From contig JAPMXV010000053.1 in assembly GCA_026936335.1 (NCBI GenBank), forward strand, positions 1 to 64,000: DNA of 64,000 nucleotides, read 5' to 3'. The notes beneath the pieces were generated by a model. That model was given only the letters and a program-made list of their open reading frames with translations. It was not told the origin of the DNA and made no database searches. The stretch's first letter is position 1; every line of letters begins with the position of its first letter. Below, piece by piece: positions 25,280 to 38,010 of this stretch. A program made the translations under genes and the position numbers. Source of the stretch: Mantamonas sphyraenae STR306. Taxonomy: Eukaryota > Protista > CRuMs.

Positions 25280-26754
25280 ATGTACGTTGCTCAATCTCTC
25301 TCCTTCCTCGTCCCCGGTCCGTGTTGCTGTTTGTCTTCCCCGACAGCGAGATTTTCTCGCCAGTTCCCAGATCTCCACAGCGGACAACCTCCGCACAAAC
25401 ACCACCGCCCACTCTCGGAAACCTCACCTTTGTCCACCACAAATCACCTCTCTCCCACTCACACACACACTGAAGGAGGAACACAACCACGGTCGCCACA
25501 GAGACAAACCAGGCGCAGCAGAAGCCGGAGACATCCACCAAAGCCCGCCGAAAGCACAACTCCGTTATCGGCTGGATACGCTTCTTCTGCATTTCTGCCG
25601 TCGTTCTCCACCACGCCACTTCGTTCTACGCCGCAGAAAACAACTACGGCGTCCAACAGTGGATCATTCAGCTCCTCTTCCTCCTCTGCGGAGCCACCCG
25701 CAAGTGGGGCCGCTCCCCTCTCCTCTCCATCCTCAAGAAGAACGGCATCCTCCTTGTCGCCATCTGCCTCGTCAACGTCATCGCCATTGGCATTGTCCAG
25801 TCGGGCGTCCCCCCTTCCCAGCCCCTCTCCTGGACCTTTGAGGCCATTGTCTTCCAGGGGTGGTTCATCCTCGCCATTGTCGGATTCATCGTCCTCACCA
25901 CGCCTCTTAAGAACGGCTATCCTTTCGCCTGGATCTGGGCTCCTCTCGCTTTCCTCCTCGTGGCAATCATCGCATGGAGCATTGGCATCTGGGCCCCCAC
26001 CGCAAACAACGTCGTCGCCGCCCTCTCCAAAGTCGTTGTCCTCCTCTACGCTGGCTTGGCCACCCAACTCCACGACCTCCCCTGGCCCCCTCTCCGCACC
26101 CTCGAAGCAAAGAGCTTCATCTGGATCGGCATGGCCATGTTCTGCGCTGGAACGTCCAGTCTCCACGCGCCCGACGCTCTCTGGACCCGTACACACATCA
26201 TCGTCGACTTTTTGGCCCTTGGATATGCCGCTGCTGACTGGTTCAACGACCCCAGCGTCCCTGCACGCTCGTTTGTCCTTCTCCTCCTCGTTCCGGCCGG
26301 CCTCATCGGTGCGAGCATCAAGTGCGCCGAACTCGAGCCCTTTATGTACTACGACCCCATTGCCGATCCAGACCTTCGCCTGCGCTTCATGCTTGGCGAG
26401 AGCATCTTTGCCACCCTTGCAGTCCACCTTGGCTCGGGCGACGGCTCAATCATGCCCATCCCCAACTTTATGCTCTACGCCTCCTACCTCGCTTTTGTCA
26501 TCCACACTCCCTTCTCTGTCATCGGAGGTCGCACTTGGGCCTGGCTTTGTATCCTCTTCTGCCTCGTCGTCACCGGCGTTGCCATGCACTGGCGCAACTT
26601 CCTTGCCCTCGTCCAGACAGGCTCATTCCACCTGCCCGACAACAAGCACACGGAGCACCAGGATGCAGACGACACTGCATCCAAATCCTCTCCTCCTTCT
26701 TCCTCTCCTGCCGACCGCAGCGAAGATCTTCACCAATTGTCCCCCACCGACTGA
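25280..26754 (+). CDS. Acyltransferase-3 (OafA/AT3) family multi-pass membrane O-acyltransferase; probably join(25280..25281,25476..26754)
   Basis: The frame is open from 25474, upstream of the tracked ORF. It contains RKHNSVIGWIRFFCISAVVLHH (R..H motif), QLLFLLCG, GWFILAIVGFIVLTTPL and SYLAFVIHTPF. The only nearby start is an ATG split by an intron. Confidence 0.7.
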
Positions 26755-26989
26755 ATGGACAACCCAATGGCTCGTCACCATCCACTCCCCTTTCCGTGCT
26801 CCTGTGTCCCTCCTCCTTGATTTCACATTCTTGCCCTGATGCCATCTCACTCGCGCATCCCCACCCACAACGAAACGTGCGTTCACGCACTCCCCTCACC
26901 CGCACCTTGCCCCCTTGCCCCCCTTGGCCAGAGCCATCCACTGACTTCTCCCCCACCACTCCAGCTCATCCCCACACACCCAACCAACA

Positions 26990-28795
26990 ATGGAAGACGA
27001 GTACGACTGCGTGATTCTGGGCACTGGCCTCAAGGAGTGCGTCCTTTCGGGCATCCTCTCCGTCCAGGGACTCAAGGTCCTCCACATGGACCGCAACAAC
27101 TTTTATGGTGGTGACTCGGCTTCCCTCAACCTTGCACAGCTGTTTGAAAAGTTCTATCCCAACGAAAAGGTGCCTGAGGAGCTTGGCCACAACCGCTACT
27201 GGAACGTTGACCTCATCCCCAAGTTCCTCCTCTCTTCTGGTCCGTTGCCCCTTTCTCTCCGTCCCTCTGCTCTCTCCGCCGCCCATGTCCCAATCCCCTC
27301 GTTGTCGTGTGGCAATCCCCATCAAAACCCCGTCCAATCACCCCTGCACTCTATTCCCCTCTACCTTTCCGCTCCCCGTCCATCATGTCTCTCTGTGCCA
27401 CGCCGTGCCCAGCGTGAATTCTCTCGCTCCCTCTCGCAAAATCGCTGACGTCTTTTCCGCCCCAACCTTGCCTTTTGCCGCCGTGCACACGCACACACAC
27501 CTTCAAACGCTTTCCCGTTCTCCAGGCAAGCTCGTCAAGATGCTCCTGCTCACCGGCGTCACCCGCTACCTCGAGTTCCGCGCCATCGACTCCAGCTGGG
27601 TCCTGAAGGGCAGCAAGGTCCATCCCGTGCCTTCCAACGACACCGAGGCCGTCAAGAGCTCCCTCATGGGCTTTTTCGAGAAGCGTCGCGCCCAAAAGTT
27701 CTTCCTCTACCTTCAGGGCGTCGACGAGGACGACGAGTCCACCTGGGGAGGTACGTGCATGCTCCGGTGCCCTGTACACAGCCATTTCCAAGAGGGTCTT
27801 TTCTTTTGCTCGCCTCCCTGTTGCGTTTCTCCACACTCCTCCCTCCCTCCACTCCATGCCAACTACCCCATGCACCCGCTCACACCCTCTCCCCCGTCGC
27901 CAATCCCTTCCTGATCCCCCCTTCATCAGGCATCAACATCAAAAAGGTGCCCATGGCCGAGGTCTTCAAGGAATACAGCCTCGAGGACGACACCATCGAC
28001 TTTATCGGCCACGCCATGGCTCTCTACCGTGACGACGCCTACCTGGAGGAGCCTGCTCTGGAGTGCATCAACCGCATCCGCCTTTACGTCAACTCCATGG
28101 GCCGCTACGGCAAGGGTTCCCCGTACATTTACCCCGCCTACGGTCTCGGCGAGCTGCCCCAGGCCTTTGCTCGCCTCAGTGCCATCTACGGCGGCGTCTA
28201 CATGCTCGATCGCTCCATCGACGAGATCGTCTACGACGACGAAGGCAAGGCAGTCGGCGTCAAGTCCGAAGGCGAGGTCGCCAAGTGCCGCTTTGTCATC
28301 GGTGACCCCTCCTACTTCTCCGACAAGGTCGAAAAGACCGGCCAGGTTGTGCGTTGCATCTGCTTCCTGACCCACCCGGTGCCCAACACCAGCGAGACAG
28401 CCTCTCTGCAGCTCATCATCCCGCAGAAGCAGGTCGGCCGCAACTACGACATCTACATCTCTGTCGTCTCTGCCGAGCACCAGGTCGCCAACAAGGGCTA
28501 CTGGATTGCCCTCGTCAGCACCACCGTCGAGACAGACGACCCCGAGAGCGAGCTGGAGCCCGGTTTCAACCTCCTCGGCGACATCGCTTACAAGTTCTTT
28601 TCCGTCTCCGACACCTACAAGCCCACCAACGCTGACGCAGACGACAACTGCTTCATCTCCGAGTCCTTTGACGCCACCACCCACTTTGAGAGCACCTGCG
28701 ACGACATCCTCCAGCTCTATGAAAAGGTCATGGGCAAGCCCCTTGAGCTCGATAGCGAGCTCCTCGAGAAGAAGCAGGAGGAAGAAGGCATGTGA
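26990..28795 (+). CDS. GDI1: Rab GDP dissociation inhibitor; join(26990..27239,27526..27750,27930..28795)
   Basis: ILGTGLKECVLSG, HMDRNNFYGG, WNVDLIPKFL, YGLGELPQAFARLSAIYGGVYML and SFDATTHFE. Confidence 0.98.
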
Positions 28796-28969
28796 TCTCT
28801 TGACATTTGCAAAAGCACGCTTATCGTTCATCCCGACCCAGCGAAAGAGTTGCCTGCTCAGGAGGGACAACACAAGCGAAACAAAAATCTCATTCTCTTT
28901 GATCAACTCGACCGTTCACAACTCCATTTGCATGGCTTTGCATTGCATCCCTCTACCATCACCTCACCA

Positions 28970-30356
28970 TCACCTGTTTTCCTTCTTCCCTCCATCGTCC
29001 TCCTCGTCGCTGTCGGAATCTCCGCCCGCCCCAAACGTCACCAGGTGCACCACATACCGCTTCCAATCCATGTTCTTCTCCCGAAACTCCAACCCATGTT
29101 CCTCGATTTCCTTTTTCGTCACATCGCTTCGCTCCACAAGTTCCATCAGCCGCGACGGGTCCTCATACCGTGACGGCAACATCTTCAAAAACATGATGAT
29201 GTCCTCTCCCGTCAGCTCCGTCAGCACACGAGCGCTCGATGTCATCAACCCAGCCGCGAGCTTCAGCAGCAGCAGCTCTCCCTCCAGGAAGAGCATGTCC
29301 CACACATTCCAAACAGATTGCAGCGGAAAGTTGTAAATGAACAGCGTCAAGAACCACTCGCTCGAAATCATCGACACCTCGATCGACTCTTTCCTCAGAT
29401 GTTCGATCAACTCGGGCTCTCGTGCCTCGACCAGCTTCTCCAGCTGGTAGTGGTATTGCTTCAGCTGCACATGGCCCTCCTTGTAGATGCCCATCAGGCC
29501 ATGGTCGACCATCAGCGCCTCAAACAACCAGAACGCATCCTCTTCGTTGGAATACATCAGCAGCACCGCCACAATGAAGTTCATCCCTTGCACATAACCC
29601 ACCTTTGGATGCTTGTTCGAAAACGCTCGCAGGATCATCTGAATGGACCGTTGCCCTGGCCCGTCTTCCTCTGCAAACTGTTTGTACTCTGGGAACGTGC
29701 GCCCCACATCTCTCAAGATGGCTCCCTCGTCCTCGGCCTCCTGTTGCTTCAGACGTTCGTACTCGTTCTCCTCCTCCGAGGCAAACCCGCTGTACCCTGC
29801 CAGCAGCTTCCACACCATCCCACGGAAACATTGCGGCACCCCTGCACAGCACATGTGCTGAAGCTGTACCCACACGCAACCACGTACCCATCCATCCATC
29901 CGCACATCCATTCCCACACACGCACTGTGTTAGCAAAAATGCCCGCCGCTCTGCCTTTCCCCTCTCCGGCCCACACGTCTCACCCCAAACGTCTCCTCCC
30001 GCCACGCAACCACTCACCAGAGCATATTTCTCGCGACGAGTCATCGCAAAGTTGGAGATGACCTGCATCCATGACTCCAGCTCCTCCTCGCTGTGCTCAA
30101 CCTTGCGCGTTTGTCGTCCATGAAGCCGGTGGTTCGACCACGGCCGTTCCTCTTCGTCCTTCACCACCACCATCACCTCGTCCTGACCGTCACTCAACAC
30201 ACGCTCTCCAAGCCCGTCCCCACTTTCCGACGACCCATCTGCCTCCAAGGATAGCTCGTGATGAGACTGCTCCTCGTCCACCAGCACCTGTCGTCCCCGC
30301 AGGAACGCTGCGCTCTCGTTGCTCGCTGCCACCAGGATGTGTCCGTTGCTACTCAT
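28970..30356 (-). CDS. TBC-domain Rab GTPase-activating protein; complement(join(28970..29863,30018..30356))
   Basis: GVPQCFRGMVW, ILRDVGRTFP (R finger), GYVQGMNF (Q finger), EEDAFW and WFLTLF. Intron GTGAGT..TACAG. Confidence 0.93.
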
Positions 30357-30463
30357 CTTGGCGAATTCTCACCCGACCAGCTTCTCCTTGTTTGCCCCGT
30401 CGCCGCAAGGACCTGAACACACCCCTCGCGCTCTTGCAACAACCGCAACCCCCATAGCCGACG

Positions 30464-33400
30464 ATGCAGCAAGAGGCGGACTTTGCTTGCGCCATCGACT
30501 ACAGCTACGGCTTTTCCTCACCCGAGGTCCAGTTCATCGACAACAGCATCATCTGCTACGTAGTCGGCAACTCCATCACTTTCATCTCCGTCGAAGACGG
30601 CTCCCAGTCCGTCCTCCACGGAGAGGGTCTCGGCATCGGTCCCTTTGCATGCAACCAGCGCCACAGACTCGTTGCCTACGCCGAAAAGGGCAACAAACCA
30701 AACATCTATGTACGTTCCTTTCGCGACTGTACACCCGTCGCCACAACCCGCCAAAACGACCGTTGCCTCAGCTCCTTTGGCCACCTCTACCCTCGCACCC
30801 ACCTGTTCCCTCCACCCCATTTCCAGCCCTCTGCCTTTGCACACATTCCACAGCCCCATTGCCCTCCCTCCCATCCCGTCAACCATGCCCACGTCCGTGC
30901 ACGTGGCCTTTGACGCAGCCCTCAACGCCGTTTTCCACACCCACACATCTCGCCTCCCTTTTTCCAACCCACCCATGTCTCACGTGTCTCTGAGCACACC
31001 TCTCCCATCCGCAAACCCTTCGGTCTTCTCACCCGCCTCCCCATCCCCATCTCCCCTCCCCCTTCCCGGCCACCCCCTTCCGTCCACACAGGTCTATGCG
31101 CATCTCGAAAACGGCGAGAACAACTGGTACGCCACCCTTTCCGGCGGCACCGAGCTCGCCTACCTCGATCTAGCCTTCTCTCGTGACGGCACACGCATCA
31201 TCTCCCTCGGTGACCTGCCCGACTACAATCTCGCCGTCTGGACCTGGGAGGACGAGTCCTGTCTCTTCCAGCCCATCTCCGTCGACGTCGGCCCCAGCCC
31301 TCGCGTCTCCTTCAACCCTCGTGACCACGACCAGTTTGCTCTCACCTCCGAGGGCCAGCTCACCGTCTGGAACATCGAACACACACATACGCAGTACACC
31401 CCCGTGCCCATCCACGGCTCCATGGACTCTATCGGCGGAGGCGACCTCCCCGCCATCACCTCCCATTGCTGGAGCGCAGAACATGACTACCTCTACTGCG
31501 GTACAGATGCTGCAGAGGTTGTCACCTTTGAGACGCAGACTGGCTACTTCATTTCCCAGATCCCCATCGAGGCCGACGAGCCAGGCATCATCCACAGCAT
31601 GCTTCTCACTCGCTCCGACCTCGTCATGTGTGGCCAAGACGGCACCATCCGCTGGTACTCTCTTCCCGATCTCGAGCTCAGCAAGTCCATCTCTCTGGGT
31701 CCCCTCGACATCCGCTCTGCAACTTTCTCCACAGACTACCGCACACTCGTCCTCGCCACCGCTCAGCGCACCCTTCACATGGTCCTCCTTCCAGACTCTG
31801 ACGAAGAGCCTATCAACGTCTGCCAGCTCTGCGACTACCACCAGGGCCCCATCACAGGCCTCGACTGCTTCGACGAACAGAGCTTCCTCCTCGTCACCTG
31901 CGGCCATGACGGCACCTTTCGCGTCTGGGACTACATTGCAAAGCAGCTTCTCAGCAAGCTCGAGTTTGACGGCCACCTCTGTGCCCTTTCCTGCTCCGCT
32001 GCCACAAATGTCGTCGCCTGCGGCTCCCAAAACGGTGTCCTGCGTCTCTTTGACATCACCGACCCACTCGACCCAAATATGATCCACCGCATCAAACTTC
32101 ACGACGGACCCATCACCCACGTCAAGTTTGACCCCATGGGCAACTACCTTGTCTCCACGGGCGACGACAAGCATGTGTTTTTCCTCGACGCCCACCCCAC
32201 CGCTGCCTTCAAGGTCATTGGCTACGTGGAAGTCTCATCACACGTCACAGACATCAAGTGGCACATCGACCAGGAGTACGAGTACTACCAGCTCTACGTC
32301 GCATGCGACAACGGCGACGTCTTCCGCTTCGAACCACCCGGTGTCCAGACTGCCTCTGCAGACAACTCCTACCTTCTTGCAAACGCAGACGTGCAAAAAA
32401 GCCTCCTCAAGATGCAGTATCCGGGCTACGCCATCGACCTCAAGCCCGCCGAAAAGTTTTCCAAGGGCACACACTTCTTTGCCGTCGACAAGACCAAACA
32501 ACTCGTCTACTACTCCATGCCCGACGAGACCCAAGACCCTGAACTCATGGATGACAGTGACGTCGTCGGCCCCGAGGAGGTTTTCGAGGCCCACCACAAG
32601 CTGCCCACTGCCTGCGTCGTCTCTCCGTCCAAGGCCGTCATTGCAACTGCCGGCAGGGATGGCGTCATCACCCTGCGCAGCACAAGTGACCTCCACTCCT
32701 CCATGAAGTGGCAGCGCCACGACCCGTTCATGGGCGGCGTCAACCACGTCGCCTTTTCCCAGGACGGCAACTACCTGTTTTCTGCTGGACAGGACGGCCT
32801 CCTTCTGTGCTGGACACTCGACGACGGCAGCAAGTTCCGCCCGCAACCGCTCGTCAAGCGCGACACACAGTTCACAAGCATGCCCGAGATCACCGAGCCA
32901 GACATCGAGCCCGAGCAAGAGCCGCACTTTCTCCAGCTTCACACTCAGACCCAGCTCCAAGAAGAGGAGGCGCTGTATGCCAACAAGAAGAACGAGATCA
33001 AAAGCAAGGTGGCAGGCCTGTCCCAGGAACTCGCTGACATGCTCGACGAAAACGCTCGCCTGCCCGAGATCGACCAACTCGACCCCTCCGAGTTCATTAT
33101 CGACTACGAGGAGCGCGATCGCCTCTACGAGCTCGGCATGGAACGCGTCCAAGAGTTCCGCTCTACCATCGAGCTTGAAAACATGGCCCGCGAGCTCCTA
33201 TCCTTCCGCCTCAAGTCCGAGTTTTGGGACAGCATGGATGTACCCCAGGCTTCCATCTTGGCCTTCCGCTCAGACGAGCGTGTCTCCAACTACGTGCTGC
33301 CCAAACAGGATCCAGCCCACCTCGCCACGATCGAGAAGATCAAGACCATGCGCCGCGTGGAAATCCAAGAGTTCAACTCTCGCGAAGCACACAACAAGCC

Positions 33401-35675
33401 CTCGCTACTTGCGCTCACAAGCACGGCAAGCGTGCCTGGAGACCCGTCGGACGATGCAGACGGCCCCTACGGATCCGAAGCTGGCCCCAGCGCATCCCGC
33501 TCCGCGGCCACGTCCTCGCGCAGGCGCACAGGTGTTGGTATGACCCCTTCCGTGTCTGGTGCCTCGCGCAGTGATGAGGAGGACCTGGAAGAGATGATTC
33601 TGGATGAGGAGGAACATCAGGAAGAGGAGGGCGACCTGCTCTACGACGACTACGAGCTGTACACATCCACACGCAAAAAGATCCAGATCCAGCTGCTGCA
33701 CATGCTTATTCGCGATCGCAAGGCCAAGTTCAACGTCCTGTTTGAAGAGACTATGGACAGCAAACGAGGCGACCTCGCAAAGATTGCCGAGCGCAACCAC
33801 CGCATCCGCAAGATCATGGATGACCTGGGATGGAATGAGCCCATCAAGCAGTTTGAATTGCAGCCGGAGGAGATTCCAGACTCGGTCCTCACAGTGCAGC
33901 CGTGGGAGGTAAATGCGCAGGGCGACAAGTCGCGCGCGCAAATGGAAGAGGAGCGCCGCAAGCGCGAGGCCGAGAACGCCAAGGAAGAGAAGGACGACGC
34001 AGGGGACCGTGGCCTGCGCATGATGATGGGTGGACGCCTGGACGCCCAAGGCGACGACACGGCTCTGGAAGACGAGTTGGTCAGGCCCGACTGGATGAAC
34101 AAGCCGGTCGAGGAGATGAGCGACGAGGAGAAGCAACTCGTGAAGGAGTTCAAGGAGAAAGAGGCAGCCATTCTGTTGGAGAGGGAGAAACGGCGCAAGG
34201 CGCACGAAACGGAGTTGCGCAAGCTGCAAGCGTCGATCGAAGATGTGTGCGGGCAGTTTGATGCTCGCCTGCACCAGCTGTTCCTGCTCAAGATTGACAC
34301 AGACCAGAGCATCTATGAGCTGGAGTTTAAGATCATCAAGTTGTCGCAGGCGCTGCTTGCGGAAGAGAACTTCCAGGTGCGCACAAAGGAGCTGGTGACC
34401 AAGATCACGGAGCTGCGAGACAGGCGCAACTCGCTCCTGGCGCGCAAGAACGAGTTCCAGCGCGAGGTGGAGCGGTACGAAAAGAACTTTGCGGAACTCA
34501 AGGCAAACGACGCCAACCTGAACAGCTCGTTCAAGCGCGACTTTGCCGATCAAGGTGAAATGGTGGACGTGTTGTACAGGTTGTACCGGCGCAAGCCGAA
34601 GAGCAACAAACACCAGGCAAACCTGGAGGAGATTCAGCAGGCGGCGAACGGAGCGGACGATCCGTTCGCATACGTCGACGCCGAGGAGCACCTCGCGCGC
34701 TTGGATATCCCAGATCCTACGGCCATCGACCGACCAGACGGCATCGAAGACAGCGTGTGGGAGCGGCTGATGCAGGCGCGCATTGCTCGACTGGACAGCG
34801 AACAGGAGCTGCGTCTGCACGAGCAGGAATTGGACCAGATGCACGCGTACTTGGACCGGCTGGAAAACGAGGACCAGGAACTGCAGCGAGAGATGGAAGC
34901 GGTGCTGCGACAAACGGCAGACTTTGAGACGGAAAAGATGCGCGAGCGTCTGAACCTGGACGTGCTGCTGAAGTTGAAGCAGGGCCAGGTGGAAGTGGGC
35001 CAGAACGTGGTCACGACCGACTACACTGACAGCGTGTACATCCCCGTGGGTCTCGTGCGCAACTTGAACGACAAAATCATCGATCTGGGCACCCTGCGTG
35101 TCAAAGCCATGCAGCAGAACATGAAGATCCGCAAGCAGATCCACGACGTGGAGTGGGAAAACCAGTTCCTGGACCTGAAGGCGGAGGAGCTGATGGCCAA
35201 GATCTCGGACATCCAGCTGCTGCGTGTGACTAAGCAGCTGCAAAGCCTGATCAAAGGTGGCGACGAGGCAAGCCAGGACGCAGAGGTGAAGAACCTCGAA
35301 AAGCGCTCGGAACACGCTGCACGCTCGCACGACCACAAGGTGAAGGACAAGAAGCGAGCGTTGAAGAGGATGATGCGCCTGATCGAAGAGAAGAACATGG
35401 AGAACCAAAGGCTCGATGAACAGCTGGCTCAGCTGGACGTTGACGTGAACGAGCGCCAGCAGCTGGTGGAAATCCAGGAGATGCACGGCAAGGGCAGCAC
35501 GAGCAAGACAAGCGAGACTCGTATGAAGGAAATCTCGCAGATGCGCTCGCTGAAGGAGATTGCCAAGGCGCAGAAGGAGGAGATTGCCTTTCTCAAGAGC
35601 GAACTCAGTCGCCTGCGGCAAAAGACCTTTCCGTCGTTCCAGGTGGCCCGCAAGCGCAACGACTTTGTCGGATGA
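30464..35675 (+). CDS. CFAP43: Cilia- and flagella-associated protein 43 (WDR96); join(30464..30709,31092..35675)
   Basis: N-terminal WD40 propellers, long coiled coils, LKLKQGQVEV, LLRVTKQLQ and terminal LRQKTFPSF. Confidence 0.88.
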
Positions 35676-35729
35676 GACTGAACGGTGCACAACATTCTCT
35701 GGGAGAAGAAATGAAGGCACCGCACCTTT

Positions 35730-37965
35730 TCATTCGTCCCGTGAAGGCGCTCGGCTGCTCCGCTTTTTGAGCAGGACGTCGTTCACCTGGGCCACTAGGG
35801 CCTTGTAGGTGTCGTGAAAGAGAAGGATAGGGCCTCGGCGACGATTGACCTCGACCAGGTACATGTCGCCCTGCATGACCTCGAAAATCTGCACGATAAA
35901 CACCACGTTTTCGACACCACCGACGACACACTTGAGCTGCTGGTGCGGACGAGTGGCGTAGGGAATACTGAGCGAATCGAGGGCCTCTTGCAGACGCTGC
36001 TGCAGCTTGTCGCATGGGGTTGCGCTGAGGAAACAAGTGCGGCGCTTGACGTTGTCGTTGCCGCGGACCACCATACCGGTGACATTCTGGGAGGTGAGCA
36101 TGTTGAGGAGGTCAAACGCGTTGACAGAGTACGGATGTGGCTCGTCAGTGCCGTCGTCGTCGCTGTCGTCGTCTGAGCTGTCGTCGTCGTTCTTGCCGAG
36201 CTCTTTCTGCACAACCTCGCGGCTGAGGCGGCGGCTGTGCACACGATTTCTCTCCAAGAAGTTGTTGACATGGTCTTTTGCGCTAGGAGATGGCAGGGAA
36301 TCCTCGTTGTTGAGAGCCAACTCGTTGCTACCAGCCGATGACTCGCGTCGATTCTGCTGTTGGAAGATGTTGCCAGCGCTGTATCGACGTCCTTTTGCTT
36401 TGATGGAGGCCAGCGAGGGCGGTGAGAGAGCAGAAAAGAAGCCACCGCCACCACTAGAGGCACCGCTTGCTGTGGAACTTGCGCTGGCTGTGCTGCCGCT
36501 GCCGCTGCCGTTGCTGCCTCCGGTGCTGCGGCTGAATCTGCTGGATGCGCTATTGCTGTTGCGGCTGCTGCTTCCGTCACCAGCTGATCTGACCACGTCG
36601 ACCGTGAGGTCTGAAAACTTTGAGGAAGAGCGCACGGCCTCGGATGCGCTGCTCGTCAGATCGGAGACGTCTGCGCGCGGTGGACCGTCGGTTGATTTTG
36701 AGCTTCGGTTCCTGGCTACTAGGTGCGTGTCAGAAGCCTCATCCTCGCCGCTGGAATTGCCCTCGTCTGTGTCATCCAGAGAAGAGGTGTTCAAAGTGAC
36801 AGAGATGTTTGCGATGTCGTCGTGGTCGCTTTCAGAGTCACCGCCACCAAGTTGGTCGTCGTCCTCGTCTTTGTCGTCGCCGGTGACCAACAGGTTGCAA
36901 CGGGTGTTTAGGGTGGAATTCTGGATACTGTTTGTGTCATCGTTGTCGTCGCCATCAGCAAAGCCCTCCATGAACCATTCGCTTTCGAAGAGATCGTACA
37001 CGGACCAGCGATGTGCCGGGTTGAGGGTGAGGAGGCCATCGACGACCTCGCGTGCGTCATCCGAGATATACTTGGGAAAGCGCATGGTACGCGTGGTGAT
37101 TCGGCGGATTAGCTGCGCCTCATTGTCGTCCATGAAGGGCAGAAAGCCACACAGAAAAACAAAAAGGATGATGCCACAGCTCCACATATCTGCGCTCTCG
37201 CCGTCGTATTTCCCCACAGTGAGCACCTCGGGGGCGGCGTAGTGGATTGTGCCACACATGGTGGACATGAGCAGAGTTTGCCCTTCCGCGTCCATGGCCT
37301 CCTTGCTGAAGCCAAAGTCGCTGATTTTCAGGTTCTGGTTCGTCGGGACGCACAGGTGATTCAGTTGCACACTTGTGTCAGGACGATGCAGACACATTCA
37401 ACGCATAGCATCACAACGCCAAGTCAAAGCGGCAGTGCACTGGCTGTGTGTGGGGGGTGGAATGGGGCACAAACACAGAATGGTTACACTGAAAGTCGCC
37501 GACTTTGCTTCGAGGCCGCGGAGGCCAACTTACGTCCTTCTCGTCCAGGAGCAGATTCTCAGGCTTGAGGTCACGATGCACAAAGCCCTGTTGGTGAAGG
37601 TAGTGGACGCCTCGGATGAGCTGCTGAAAGAAGTGGCGAGCGGTGTCCTCGGGGAAACGGCGCACATCGACAATTCGGTCAAAAAGCTCGCCACCCGTGC
37701 AGAGCTCCATGACTATGTACATGTGGGAGCGTGTGTCGATGAGTTCGTAGAATTGGACAAAGTGTTTGTTGTTGAACTGGTGCATTATGTCAACTTCTTG
37801 CCGGATGGCCTTTTCAAGGGAAGGGTCACGCAACCTGCGCTTGGCGACGACCTTGATGGCGTACACGTCTGAGGGAGATCCGATGCGATGAGCATGCTTG
37901 ACCACTCCCCAGGTACCCTCTCCGATGGTACGACCAAGCACATACTCGCCTATCTGCTTGGGCAT
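35730..37965 (-). CDS. SNF1-related CIPK-like Ser/Thr kinase with a NAF motif and a long acidic/Ser linker; complement(join(35730..37334,37534..37965))
   Basis: GEGTWG, AIK, HRDLKPEN|NLKISDFG, CGTIHYAAPE, then VNAFDLLNM and a KA1-like C-terminal domain. Confidence 0.88.
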
Positions 37966-38010
37966 GCGGCGGAAAACAAGTCTGCGCCAGCTGGGGCAAC
38001 GACGCCCGCA

